Of a stretch of 64,000 bases of DNA, positions 1-5,744 are shown piece by piece (the stretch's first letter is position 1; the number at the start of each line of letters is the position of its first letter). This DNA is from Minisyncoccota bacterium (GTDB taxonomy: Bacteria > Actinomycetota > Actinomycetes > Nanopelagicales > Nanopelagicaceae). The translations under genes and the position numbers were made by a program. The notes beneath the pieces were generated by a model that ran no database searches, was not told where the DNA came from, and saw only the letters and a list, made by a program, of their open reading frames with translations. The DNA lies in NCBI GenBank assembly GCA_035530615.1, contig DATKUL010000002.1:948322-1012321 (forward strand), read 5' to 3'.

Positions 1-51
1 GTGAACGAGGATTTCTCGCTCACCCCACATATATCGAAGGAAAAGCAAAAC

Positions 52-255
52 ATGGCAACAGGCACAGTTAAGTGGTTCAACTCTGAAAAGGGTTTCGGTT
101 TCATTGCAGTTGATGGTGGCGGACAAGACGTATTTGTTCACTACTCAGCAATTCAAGGAAATGGTTACAAGTCCCTTGAAGAGGGTCAGTCAGTTTCGTT
201 CGAGGTCGTCCAGGGTCCAAAGGGTCCACAGGCCGACGCCGTAAACGCTAACTAA
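52..255 (+). CDS. cspA: Cold-shock protein, CspA family (single cold-shock domain)
   Basis: ATG at 52 is preceded by GAAGGA. The 67-aa product [18 protein letters not shown]...DVFVHYSAI carries the RNP1/RNP2-like motifs KGFGFI and VFVHY. The track ORF from 1 is only an in-frame upstream extension. A hairpin terminator follows. Confidence 0.95.
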   Translation: MATGTVKWFNSEKGFGFIAVDGGGQDVFVHYSAIQGNGYKSLEEGQSVSFEVVQGPKGPQADAVNAN

Positions 256-274
256 TATTCACCACTTTAAGTAG

Positions 275-302
275 AAAAGCCCCTGGGAGACCGGGGGCTT
301 TT
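275..302. terminator. Bidirectional intrinsic terminator between convergent cspA and the M23 peptidase gene
   Basis: AAAAGCCCC-TGGGAGACC-GGGGCTTTT: a GC stem flanked by an A-run on one side and a T-run on the other. Confidence 0.6.
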
Positions 303-329
303 CTCATTTCCAAACATTCACATAAAAGG

Positions 330-953
330 TCAATACCCAGATTGCTTAGGGATCACTCCCACTTTCTTCATCAATGTAGCTACTGATTTCGCCGGCGATA
401 AATCCTTTCCAACTTTCCAAGCATCTAAATATCTCCATGGGTACACCTCACCCCGACGTACCCACCAAATTCCTGCAGGTGTTGGCCACGAAATTCCATA
501 GTGAACATGTGATGCGGTTCCACGAGCATCGCCCGATGTGCCGATATATCCCAGCACATCACCCGCATTTACTCGGCGGCCCGGTTTAATACCTGGCGCA
601 ACTTTCCCCAGGTGCGACCCATAATACCGAACGCCATCGTCACCAATGATCGATACGAACAATCCCCCACGCTGCGCCCCTAAATTAGTCTTGCCATTCC
701 ACCTATCCACTCGATTGACTTCGTCAACGATCCCAGATGTCGTAGCCACAAAATGACATCCTTTTCTCGTCAAGATATCTGTCGCAGGATAATTGTGGTG
801 GGAGTGTGCATATTTAACGGCGCATCCGTCAATGGGAAACGCGTAAATCGGTGTGGCGTAGGCAGGCGGTAAAATACCCACGAACATCATTGAAGTGAGA
901 ATTAAAGAAAAAATGTGCTTCAAACGCATCTTTAGAGCATAGTGGCGCATCAC
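330..953 (-). CDS. Secreted M23/LytM-family metallopeptidase
   Basis: N-terminal signal-like segment (KHIFSLILTSMMFVGILPPAYA). M23 signatures HHNYPATD (HxxxD) and GYIGTSGDARGTASHVHYG (HxH). The track start is TTG at 959. GTG 953 or ATG 950 sit at better spacing from AGGAGA (961-966 on the minus strand). Confidence 0.8.
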   Translation of the reverse strand: MMRHYALKMRLKHIFSLILTSMMFVGILPPAYATPIYAFPIDGCAVKYAHSHHNYPATDILTRKGCHFVATTSGIVDEVNRVDRWNGKTNLGAQRGGLFVSIIGDDGVRYYGSHLGKVAPGIKPGRRVNAGDVLGYIGTSGDARGTASHVHYGISWPTPAGIWWVRRGEVYPWRYLDAWKVGKDLSPAKSVATLMKKVGVIPKQSGY

Positions 954-982
954 TTTCAATTCTCCTCTAAACTCCTCCCCAA

Positions 983-1056
983 GGGGCGGTAGCTCAGTTG
1001 GTTAGAGCCCGGAACTCATAATTCCGTCGTCGTCGGTTCGAGCCCGACTCGCCCCA
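983..1056 (+). tRNA. tRNA with CAT anticodon: elongator tRNA-Met, or tRNA-Ile2 if the C34 is lysidinylated
   Basis: Cloverleaf read by hand: acceptor GGGGCGG/TCGCCCC, D arm GCTC-AGTTGGTTA-GAGC, anticodon arm CGGAA-CTCATAA-TTCCG, variable loop TCGTC, T arm GTCGG-TTCGAGC-CCGAC, discriminator A. CCA is not encoded. G1-C72 is paired, so it is not an initiator. Confidence 0.9.
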
Positions 1057-1076
1057 CTGTAATGATCTAAGGTGAT

Positions 1077-1277
1077 TTATTGGCCGTCTTCGAAAATAAA
1101 TTCAAGATCAAAGGAATCTGCAGGAATTTCAAGCATCATCGAGACCACGTCGCGTGTCATGACATCAATCTCATCGAGGTTGCGAGCTTGAGTGAAGACA
1201 TTTTCCAGAGATGGAAGTTGAATAAACCAAAATGTGCCATCTTTGGTGACGTTGGCTCTATATGTAGTCTTAATCAT
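1077..1277 (-). CDS. hicB: HicB-like antitoxin (UPF0150/HicB N-terminal fold, no DNA-binding extension)
   Basis: The 66-aa product ...YRANVTKDGTFWFIQLPSLENVFTQARNLDEI... fits the HicB N-domain pattern. It overlaps the upstream hicA by 8 nt, in the typical toxin-then-antitoxin order. Confidence 0.6.
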   Translation of the reverse strand: MIKTTYRANVTKDGTFWFIQLPSLENVFTQARNLDEIDVMTRDVVSMMLEIPADSFDLEFIFEDGQ

Positions 1278-1488
1278 TGTGCCACCATCTTTCTCCGAGG
1301 ACTGGTTGGAATTGTTTCATGATTTGCATCGCAGGTAAATCACCTAACTCTTTATGCCGCGGTATTGGAATACCTAGGTTACTAATTGTCATAATTGAAT
1401 GGCTCCCGCCCTCACGCAGCGTTACATCTCTAATCCCTTGTCGCGCGGCTTGCCGATAAATTTTCTTCAGAAGTTCGCGCCTTTTCAC
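1270..1488 (-). CDS. hicA: HicA-family mRNA-interferase toxin
   Basis: GTG start. The 72-aa product MKRRELLKKI...REGGSHSIM...IPIPRHKELG fits the HicA/YcfA pattern (GSH motif, H-K/R-E-L). Confidence 0.65.
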   Translation of the reverse strand: MKRRELLKKIYRQAARQGIRDVTLREGGSHSIMTISNLGIPIPRHKELGDLPAMQIMKQFQPVLGERWWHND

Positions 1489-1570
1489 GTCGAGAATTAG
1501 AGTGGGTATTCGGTAACTGATGTTTTAGCATTGCATTACCTGTGGAAAAAGAAGCGCTGGAGGTATTACG

Positions 1571-1798
1571 GTGACACGATACAAACTTGAAATTTGTGAG
1601 GATGATCCAGGCTATTGGTCGGCAACATCCAATGTAATCATTGATGGAGAACCTACCCGTTATCTGGTTTTTGCCAACTCACTTAAACAATTGCGAGATC
1701 TGGTTCAAGAGGGTGTCGATGGGGCAATTGGTATTCCATGAATTGCATTTGAAGAAGTTTTCATTTCATCACAAAAGAATGGCGCGACAGTTCTCTAG
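1571..1798 (+). pseudogene. hicB-like antitoxin paralogue inactivated by a nonsense codon, preceded by a ~10-codon hicA 3' remnant at 1545-1574
   Basis: About nine-tenths identical by eye to 3601-3845. Codon 57 is TGA (1739-1741), where the paralogue has GGA. Homology (IAFEEVF vs ISFEEVF) continues past the stop. The upstream ...EKEALEVLR* is the tail of a hicA. Confidence 0.75.
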
Positions 1799-1867
1799 GT
1801 AAAGCAAATCGTCATCAGTAAATGGTAGCCTTCTGTTACACCGCTTGAGGTTTCGTCTTCAAGCCTA

Positions 1868-1891
1868 GGGCTCAACCGAGAGGTTGAGCCC
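1868..1891. terminator. Perfect 10-bp hairpin (GGGCTCAACC-GAGA-GGTTGAGCCC) between convergent hicB' and the NYN pseudogene
   Basis: Perfect inverted repeat with a GAGA tetraloop. It lies 3 nt beyond the NYN gene stop (1895-1897). A weak T-run (TTGTCATTT) follows on the plus strand. Confidence 0.5.
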
Positions 1892-1894
1892 TTG

Positions 1895-2396
1895 TCATTT
1901 CCGCGGATGCGATTTTGCCCAAGACCTAGGCTTTTGAATATTTCCTCCACTCGGCGTCAAATAACTGTCGGGGAATTGATTATTTCGAAGCAGTTCAACG
2001 TCTAAGCGAATAAGAGAACTCGCGGAAGATTTTAGAGATGCCGAATTTTGTCCATCTCCGGGAACTACTACGTGAACAGTTACTCCCTCAGACTTAGTAA
2101 AAAGTAATGGAAGCAAGGCGATGCCAACGAGCATCTTTTCGAAATTTGCCTCGAACTATTTTTACACCAGAATGTTCCAAAACTCGAAGATAAGTAGCTT
2201 GACGATCTGATGCCCGATCCCCTACAAAACGTGACTTAACAGGAGCTGTAAAATAAAATACCCTGCCCAAATTAGCATCGGGTTCGAGAGATTTACAGAG
2301 ACCGACAATATCTAACCATTTACATTCGGGGCGCCTCTCAAGTGAGCCTTTGTAAAGATTGAATCCATCAATATATGCATTAAATGTCGGTTTCAT
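1895..2396 (-). pseudogene. NYN-domain (PIN-like) nuclease gene, frameshifted
   Basis: The N-terminal part MKPTFNAYIDGFNLYKG (NYN hallmark IDGFNLY) runs from ATG 2396 to TAA 2094. The C-terminal part (EKMLVGIAL...VTVHVVVPGDGQNS) continues in the frame offset by 1 nt. That frame is open only below 2156, so a 1-nt indel lies at about 2135-2155, near an A-run. Confidence 0.6.
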
Positions 2397-2493
2397 AGTG
2401 CAATTCTGTCGCCTCAAGTTCAACTCTCTTTCATTATCCACAAGTTACTGAGCGCTAATAAGAAAGGCTTACATGGAATTCCACACTACGGGC

Positions 2494-2609
2494 ATGTCCA
2501 ATTTTCCAACAATGAAGTCTCGCGAATTACTTCGCATTTTGCAGGCAAAACCACTAAATTGTTAATTTATGTGGACAAGGGGAAGGAAGCTTTGGAGGTC
2601 TTACGATGA
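2494..2609 (+). pseudogene. hicA toxin remnant with an internal deletion
   Basis: MSNFPTMKSRELLRILQAKPLNC* (2494-2565) matches the N-terminus of the intact HicA at 3017 (MPKFPSMKAHELLQILLRKPLNY). ...GKEALEVLR* (ending 2609) matches its C-terminus. Roughly 40 central codons, including the GSH motif, are missing. Confidence 0.7.
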
Positions 2610-2824
2610 CACGATATAAATTGGAAATTGAACAAGACAGCACTGGAACATGGGTAGGCACGTCCAACTTGGAACTAGAAGAGGGCAAGACCGCTTACAT
2701 AGTTATCGGAGGCACTTTAGAAGAGTTACGCGAGTTAGTCCAAGAGGGAGTAGCTGGAGATCTCGATATCGAAGGAATTACATTTGAAGAGGTCTTCTTA
2801 ACTAGCTCCGAAGCAACTAAATAG
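2606..2824 (+). CDS. hicB: HicB-like antitoxin (orphaned; cognate toxin decayed)
   Basis: The 72-aa product MTRYKLEIEQDSTGTWVGTSNL...TLEELRELVQEGVAGDL is a paralogue of 3250-3495 and 3627-3845. It has an ATGA overlap with the hicA remnant. Confidence 0.6.
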   Translation: MTRYKLEIEQDSTGTWVGTSNLELEEGKTAYIVIGGTLEELRELVQEGVAGDLDIEGITFEEVFLTSSEATK

Positions 2825-2842
2825 GTAGGACCTTCTTTTTCA

Positions 2843-2866
2843 GGTCGAACCCGACTCGCCCCACTG
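2843..2866 (+). repeat. Partial direct copy of the tRNA-Met 3' end (att-like scar)
   Basis: CCCGACTCGCCCCACTG (2850-2866) is identical to 1043-1059. That includes 3 nt (CTG) beyond the mature tRNA 3' end. The preceding T-loop bases match with 2 mismatches. Confidence 0.7.
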
Positions 2867-3016
2867 CGTGCTGTATTACTCCACCCATTGAACGAGGAGC
2901 GAATCCTCTCAACATCACTCTCAGTAATTTCTTTCCCATAAATCCACGGCGTAATTCCACGCACAGACTACTCAGGGCGAGAAAAGTGAAATCTCGTTAC
3001 AGCAGAGACTTCGCAA

Positions 3017-3253
3017 GTGCCCAAATTCCCGTCCATGAAGGCTCACGAATTACTGCAGATACTTTTGCGAAAACCCCTCAACTACACAATAGTTAGAACT
3101 AATGGCTCTCATCGAACTCTCGTCGCCATGGGGAGGCCCGAGGTCCTCTTTACTTTTCATGCTTCCAGGGAACTTTCAACTCGGAAAGTTAAGGGAGTTT
3201 TAATGGGACAAGTTTATTTAACTCAAGTCGAAGCACTGGAGGTTATCAAGTGA
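3017..3253 (+). CDS. hicA: HicA-family toxin (only intact plus-strand copy)
   Basis: The 78-aa product ...ELLQILLRKPLNYTIVRTNGSHRTLV...FHASRELSTRKVKGVL carries the GSH motif and the HicA C-terminal pattern. It has a GTGA overlap with the downstream hicB. Confidence 0.7.
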   Translation: MPKFPSMKAHELLQILLRKPLNYTIVRTNGSHRTLVAMGRPEVLFTFHASRELSTRKVKGVLMGQVYLTQVEALEVIK

Positions 3254-3495
3254 CTGAATTCAAGTTGGAGATTCAAAATAATGAAGGTAACTGGTGGGCG
3301 TATTCTAATATCGGCACTTCGCAAGAACCTGTGCATTACAATATTTTCGCTAATTCATTAGAAGAGCTTCGTGAATTGTTACAAGAAGGAATCGATGGAG
3401 ATTTGGAGATCGAAGGAATCTCCTTCAAGGAAGTTTTTGTTGAATGTAACTCTTTTGAAATGGAATATCCTGGCAAGAACCTATCTCTCATCTGA
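3250..3495 (+). CDS. hicB: HicB-like antitoxin with a divergent C-terminal tail
   Basis: MTEFKLEIQNNEGNWWAYSNI...SLEELRELLQEGIDGDLEIEGISFKEVF is a paralogue of the other cassettes. Its last ~15 aa are unrelated to the paralogues and end 5 nt before a tRNA-like fragment. Confidence 0.6.
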   Translation: MTEFKLEIQNNEGNWWAYSNIGTSQEPVHYNIFANSLEELRELLQEGIDGDLEIEGISFKEVFVECNSFEMEYPGKNLSLI

Positions 3496-3499
3496 GTGA

Positions 3500-3521
3500 G
3501 TTCAATCCCATCTCGCCCCAC
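3500..3521 (+). repeat. Second, more diverged tRNA 3'-end-like fragment
   Basis: GTTCAATCCCATCTCGCCCCAC vs the tRNA GTTCGAGCCCGACTCGCCCCAC: 18 of 22 match. There is no 5' half, so it is not a functional tRNA. Confidence 0.5.
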
Positions 3522-3531
3522 CAAGTCGTCT

Positions 3532-3630
3532 AGATTTAGTGCGAAAGAACTTTCGGGACATCAGATTCGTGACGTTCTTATGGACGACCTAGGACTCGCT
3601 GAAAAAGAAGCACTGGAGGTATTACGGTGA
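3532..3630 (+). pseudogene. hicA 3' remnant (C-terminal ~30 codons only)
   Basis: ...FSAKELSGHQIRDVLMDDLGLAEKEALEVLR* aligns with HASRELSTRKVKGVLMGQVYLTQVEALEVIK* of the intact HicA. The 5' part is replaced by the tRNA-like fragment. Confidence 0.65.
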
Positions 3631-3845
3631 CACAACACAAACTTGAAATTTGTGAGGATGATCCAGGCTATTGGTCGGCAACATCCAATCTGATCATTGA
3701 CGGAGAGCCTACCCGTTACCTGGTTTTTGCCAACTCACTTAAGGAATTGCGGGAGTTAATTCAAGAGGGCGTCGATGGGGCAATTGGTATCCCAGGAATT
3801 TCTTTTGAAGAAGTTTTCTTAACTAAGTCCGAGGCAACTAGTTAG
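3627..3845 (+). CDS. hicB: HicB-like antitoxin (orphaned)
   Basis: The 72-aa product MTQHKLEICEDDPGYWSATSNL...SLKELRELIQEGVDGAIGIPGISFEEVF is the intact counterpart of pseudogene 1571-1798. GTGA overlap with the hicA remnant. Confidence 0.6.
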   Translation: MTQHKLEICEDDPGYWSATSNLIIDGEPTRYLVFANSLKELRELIQEGVDGAIGIPGISFEEVFLTKSEATS

Positions 3846-3855
3846 GTAGGACTTT

Positions 3856-4995
3856 CTACTTTTCATACTTATAGTCAACCAAACGTTGTTCCGCAGGGAC
3901 CTTGAACCCGTTGCACTCCCAAGGATAGGCAAGAACACCTTGCTCAAAGGTGGCATCAGGAGCAAAACATTTCCAATAGAAGAATGCATCTCCTTGAACC
4001 CAGTGCAAGTTTCTGTCTCCTGATTTAACAGTTGGATTCAAAGATTTATCTGGGACCTTCATCCTTATCGGTGCTTGCGAGTGAGTACCAACGCTTCCTG
4101 AATATGCAATGACAGCGCCTCGCTTTACTTCACGGCCAAGAAGTGCTTGGCAGGCGGCTGAGGTCGCATTACCGGCGTATGCGGAATCATTTTCTGTATA
4201 GAACTGCCAACCTTCCGCCCGTAGTGGTCCTGGCCATTCTTTGGCATTACTACACAAAGGATCCTTGTCTATTCCCAACAATAATGGGGAGTTTTGCAGG
4301 TGGTAGAAACAAATAATTAGCCCAGGCCAATCTGAACTTGTTGATTCAAAACATAATTCCAAATCGTTGAATGGGACTTGTAGCGTTCCATCCATTCCGT
4401 TTCTGAATTCAGAATTTCGATTATTGAAACCGATGAAACGGGCATCGACTGGTGCCAGGATTGGCTCACCATTACCTATTTCAAAGTTAACACCGCTTTT
4501 CCCATCGTAGTATCCCAACTCTGGTCGGCTTCCTGTTTTTGGTCCAAGTGTTACAAAAGCTGGGTCCATTCCGCCGCTGAAGAGAAAGTGCTGAACATTT
4601 ATTCCTTGCATATTGATTGGACGCTTCGTAATTGCGGAAACAGAATTTTCAGGTGGAAAAATTATGGACGTCCGTGCTGGACTTGGCGTTGGCCTCTGTT
4701 TCAATGGTGGTTTGGCAGTGGATGATGAGGAAGGTGAGGCAGTCGGAGTTGGAGTAGGAGTTTGGGTGGGAGTGGGAGTTGGGGTCGAAACCTTGACCCG
4801 AACGCCCTTATTCCAAATCAATTTCTTGCCAGACTTGACACAGGTAAATATCTTGCCGTGGTAGGTCACTTTTTGTTTGTATACCTTGCAGACGGCCCCT
4901 GCAGAGATTTTTGTAACTGAGAAAGCGGTAACAGGCAAGAGACTTAAAAGAAGTCCAATAAGAACTCCCTTTACTATGAGACTTATGACTCTCAT
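3856..4995 (-). CDS. Secreted protein with a Pro/Thr linker and a degenerate M23/LytM-like C-terminal domain
   Basis: Signal-like N-terminus (LIGLLLSLLPVTAFS). A small Cys-containing module (GAVCKVYKQKVTYHGKIFTCVKSGKKLIWNKG). A linker TPTPTPTQTPTPTPTASPSSSS. The C-terminal ...GEPILAPVDARFIG...GAVIAYSGSVGTHSQAPIRM resembles the M23 layout but lacks the HxH pair. Confidence 0.5.
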   Translation of the reverse strand: MRVISLIVKGVLIGLLLSLLPVTAFSVTKISAGAVCKVYKQKVTYHGKIFTCVKSGKKLIWNKGVRVKVSTPTPTPTQTPTPTPTASPSSSSTAKPPLKQRPTPSPARTSIIFPPENSVSAITKRPINMQGINVQHFLFSGGMDPAFVTLGPKTGSRPELGYYDGKSGVNFEIGNGEPILAPVDARFIGFNNRNSEFRNGMDGTLQVPFNDLELCFESTSSDWPGLIICFYHLQNSPLLLGIDKDPLCSNAKEWPGPLRAEGWQFYTENDSAYAGNATSAACQALLGREVKRGAVIAYSGSVGTHSQAPIRMKVPDKSLNPTVKSGDRNLHWVQGDAFFYWKCFAPDATFEQGVLAYPWECNGFKVPAEQRLVDYKYEK

Positions 4996-5018
4996 TTCTC
5001 GACTATAACACTTTGAAC

Positions 5019-5626
5019 TTAAACCACCAGTTTTAGGGCAACCGCATTCCGCATGAGAGTTTGCCGTGTTTGAGCTCTTGGGTAATGTATATAGACAGTG
5101 TCGGAAGTTCCATGCATCGAAATAACTTCGCCCATCATCGAATTTATGTCATATCCCACCATCAACCCACTTGCAGTCACCGTCGTAATAGGTTCGGACC
5201 AGAGCCTTTCTTAACATATGAAATAGAACGACGCTCATCGATGCTGTCATCATGGACGATATCAAATCCTGAAATGTCTCCCAACCAGTAGGCTCCTCCT
5301 CTGTCCAAACGGATATGTTCGACAAATTCCGAAGATGACAGGGCAACCGCACCTACACGCATGAGCGCCAGCGAAGTTTCATTCTTTGATGATGCAGAGG
5401 CATACGAAAAACCAGCGGAAACGAGAGCGATGGAAAGTATCGCGTCTAGGCTCAGCATGCCTATGCGGCGTGGGTGCTTTCGAATATATCGGACTGCCGT
5501 CGACTCTTTTTTTAGTAAAAAGTCATATATTGAGCGTATAAGTGAAATCATGAAAAGCACCTTTATGGAGAAGGGTTTAGTGGCGAGTTCTGCCTTTGGG
5601 TTCCCCAATGCCATTAGTACTCGCAT
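5019..5626 (-). pseudogene. Frameshifted member of an uncharacterised membrane-anchored protein family (paralogue of 34359-34976 and 35315-35956)
   Basis: Frame A (to TGA 5177-5179) gives ...RKHPRRIGMLSLDAILSIALVSAGFSY...GGAYWLGD...ISYVKKGSGPN. Homology continues in the frame offset by 1 nt (ITTVTASGLMVGYD...SDTVYIHYP...RNAVALKLVV*), ending at TAA 5019-5021. That frame is open only below 5211, so the indel lies within 5180-5210. Confidence 0.6.
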
Positions 5627-5744
5627 TCACGTCGTTACTTTTGTGTATGCTCGAACATGCTCGGGCAGAATTACTCGTGGTTATCGCCTAGAACTCGCTA
5701 CTTTTCTGGGTATAGGCTGAGGAAATCGCGAAGGGAAGTGGTTC

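Larger units (their letters stand above)
1057..3855. mobile_element. Decayed tRNA-Met-linked genomic islet(s) rich in hicAB cassettes; no integrase retained
   Basis: It starts immediately 3' of the tRNA. It contains two partial direct copies of the tRNA 3' end (2843-2866, 3500-3521), five HicA/HicB-type modules and a frameshifted NYN gene. The distal limit is taken as the stop of the next, unrelated gene (3856). Confidence 0.45.

Noticed and set aside
1739-1741. TGA in hicB' as a possible selenocysteine or recoding site.
   Set aside because: The near-identical paralogue has GGA (Gly) at this position. No SECIS-like hairpin follows, and the surrounding cassette is otherwise decayed. A plain nonsense mutation is the simplest reading.
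2695-2964. The 89-aa minus-strand ORF.
   Set aside because: Its C-terminal two-thirds is antisense to the hicB gene at 2606-2824 and reads through the tRNA-fragment scar. Only the part at about 2870-2964 lies in otherwise unassigned DNA, and that part has no recognisable features. The 150 bp at 2867-3016 remains unassigned.
5361-5720. The 119-aa + strand ORF antisense to the family-P pseudogene.
   Set aside because: It has no recognisable motifs. It lies entirely antisense to a region with clear paralogy-supported coding signal on the minus strand.
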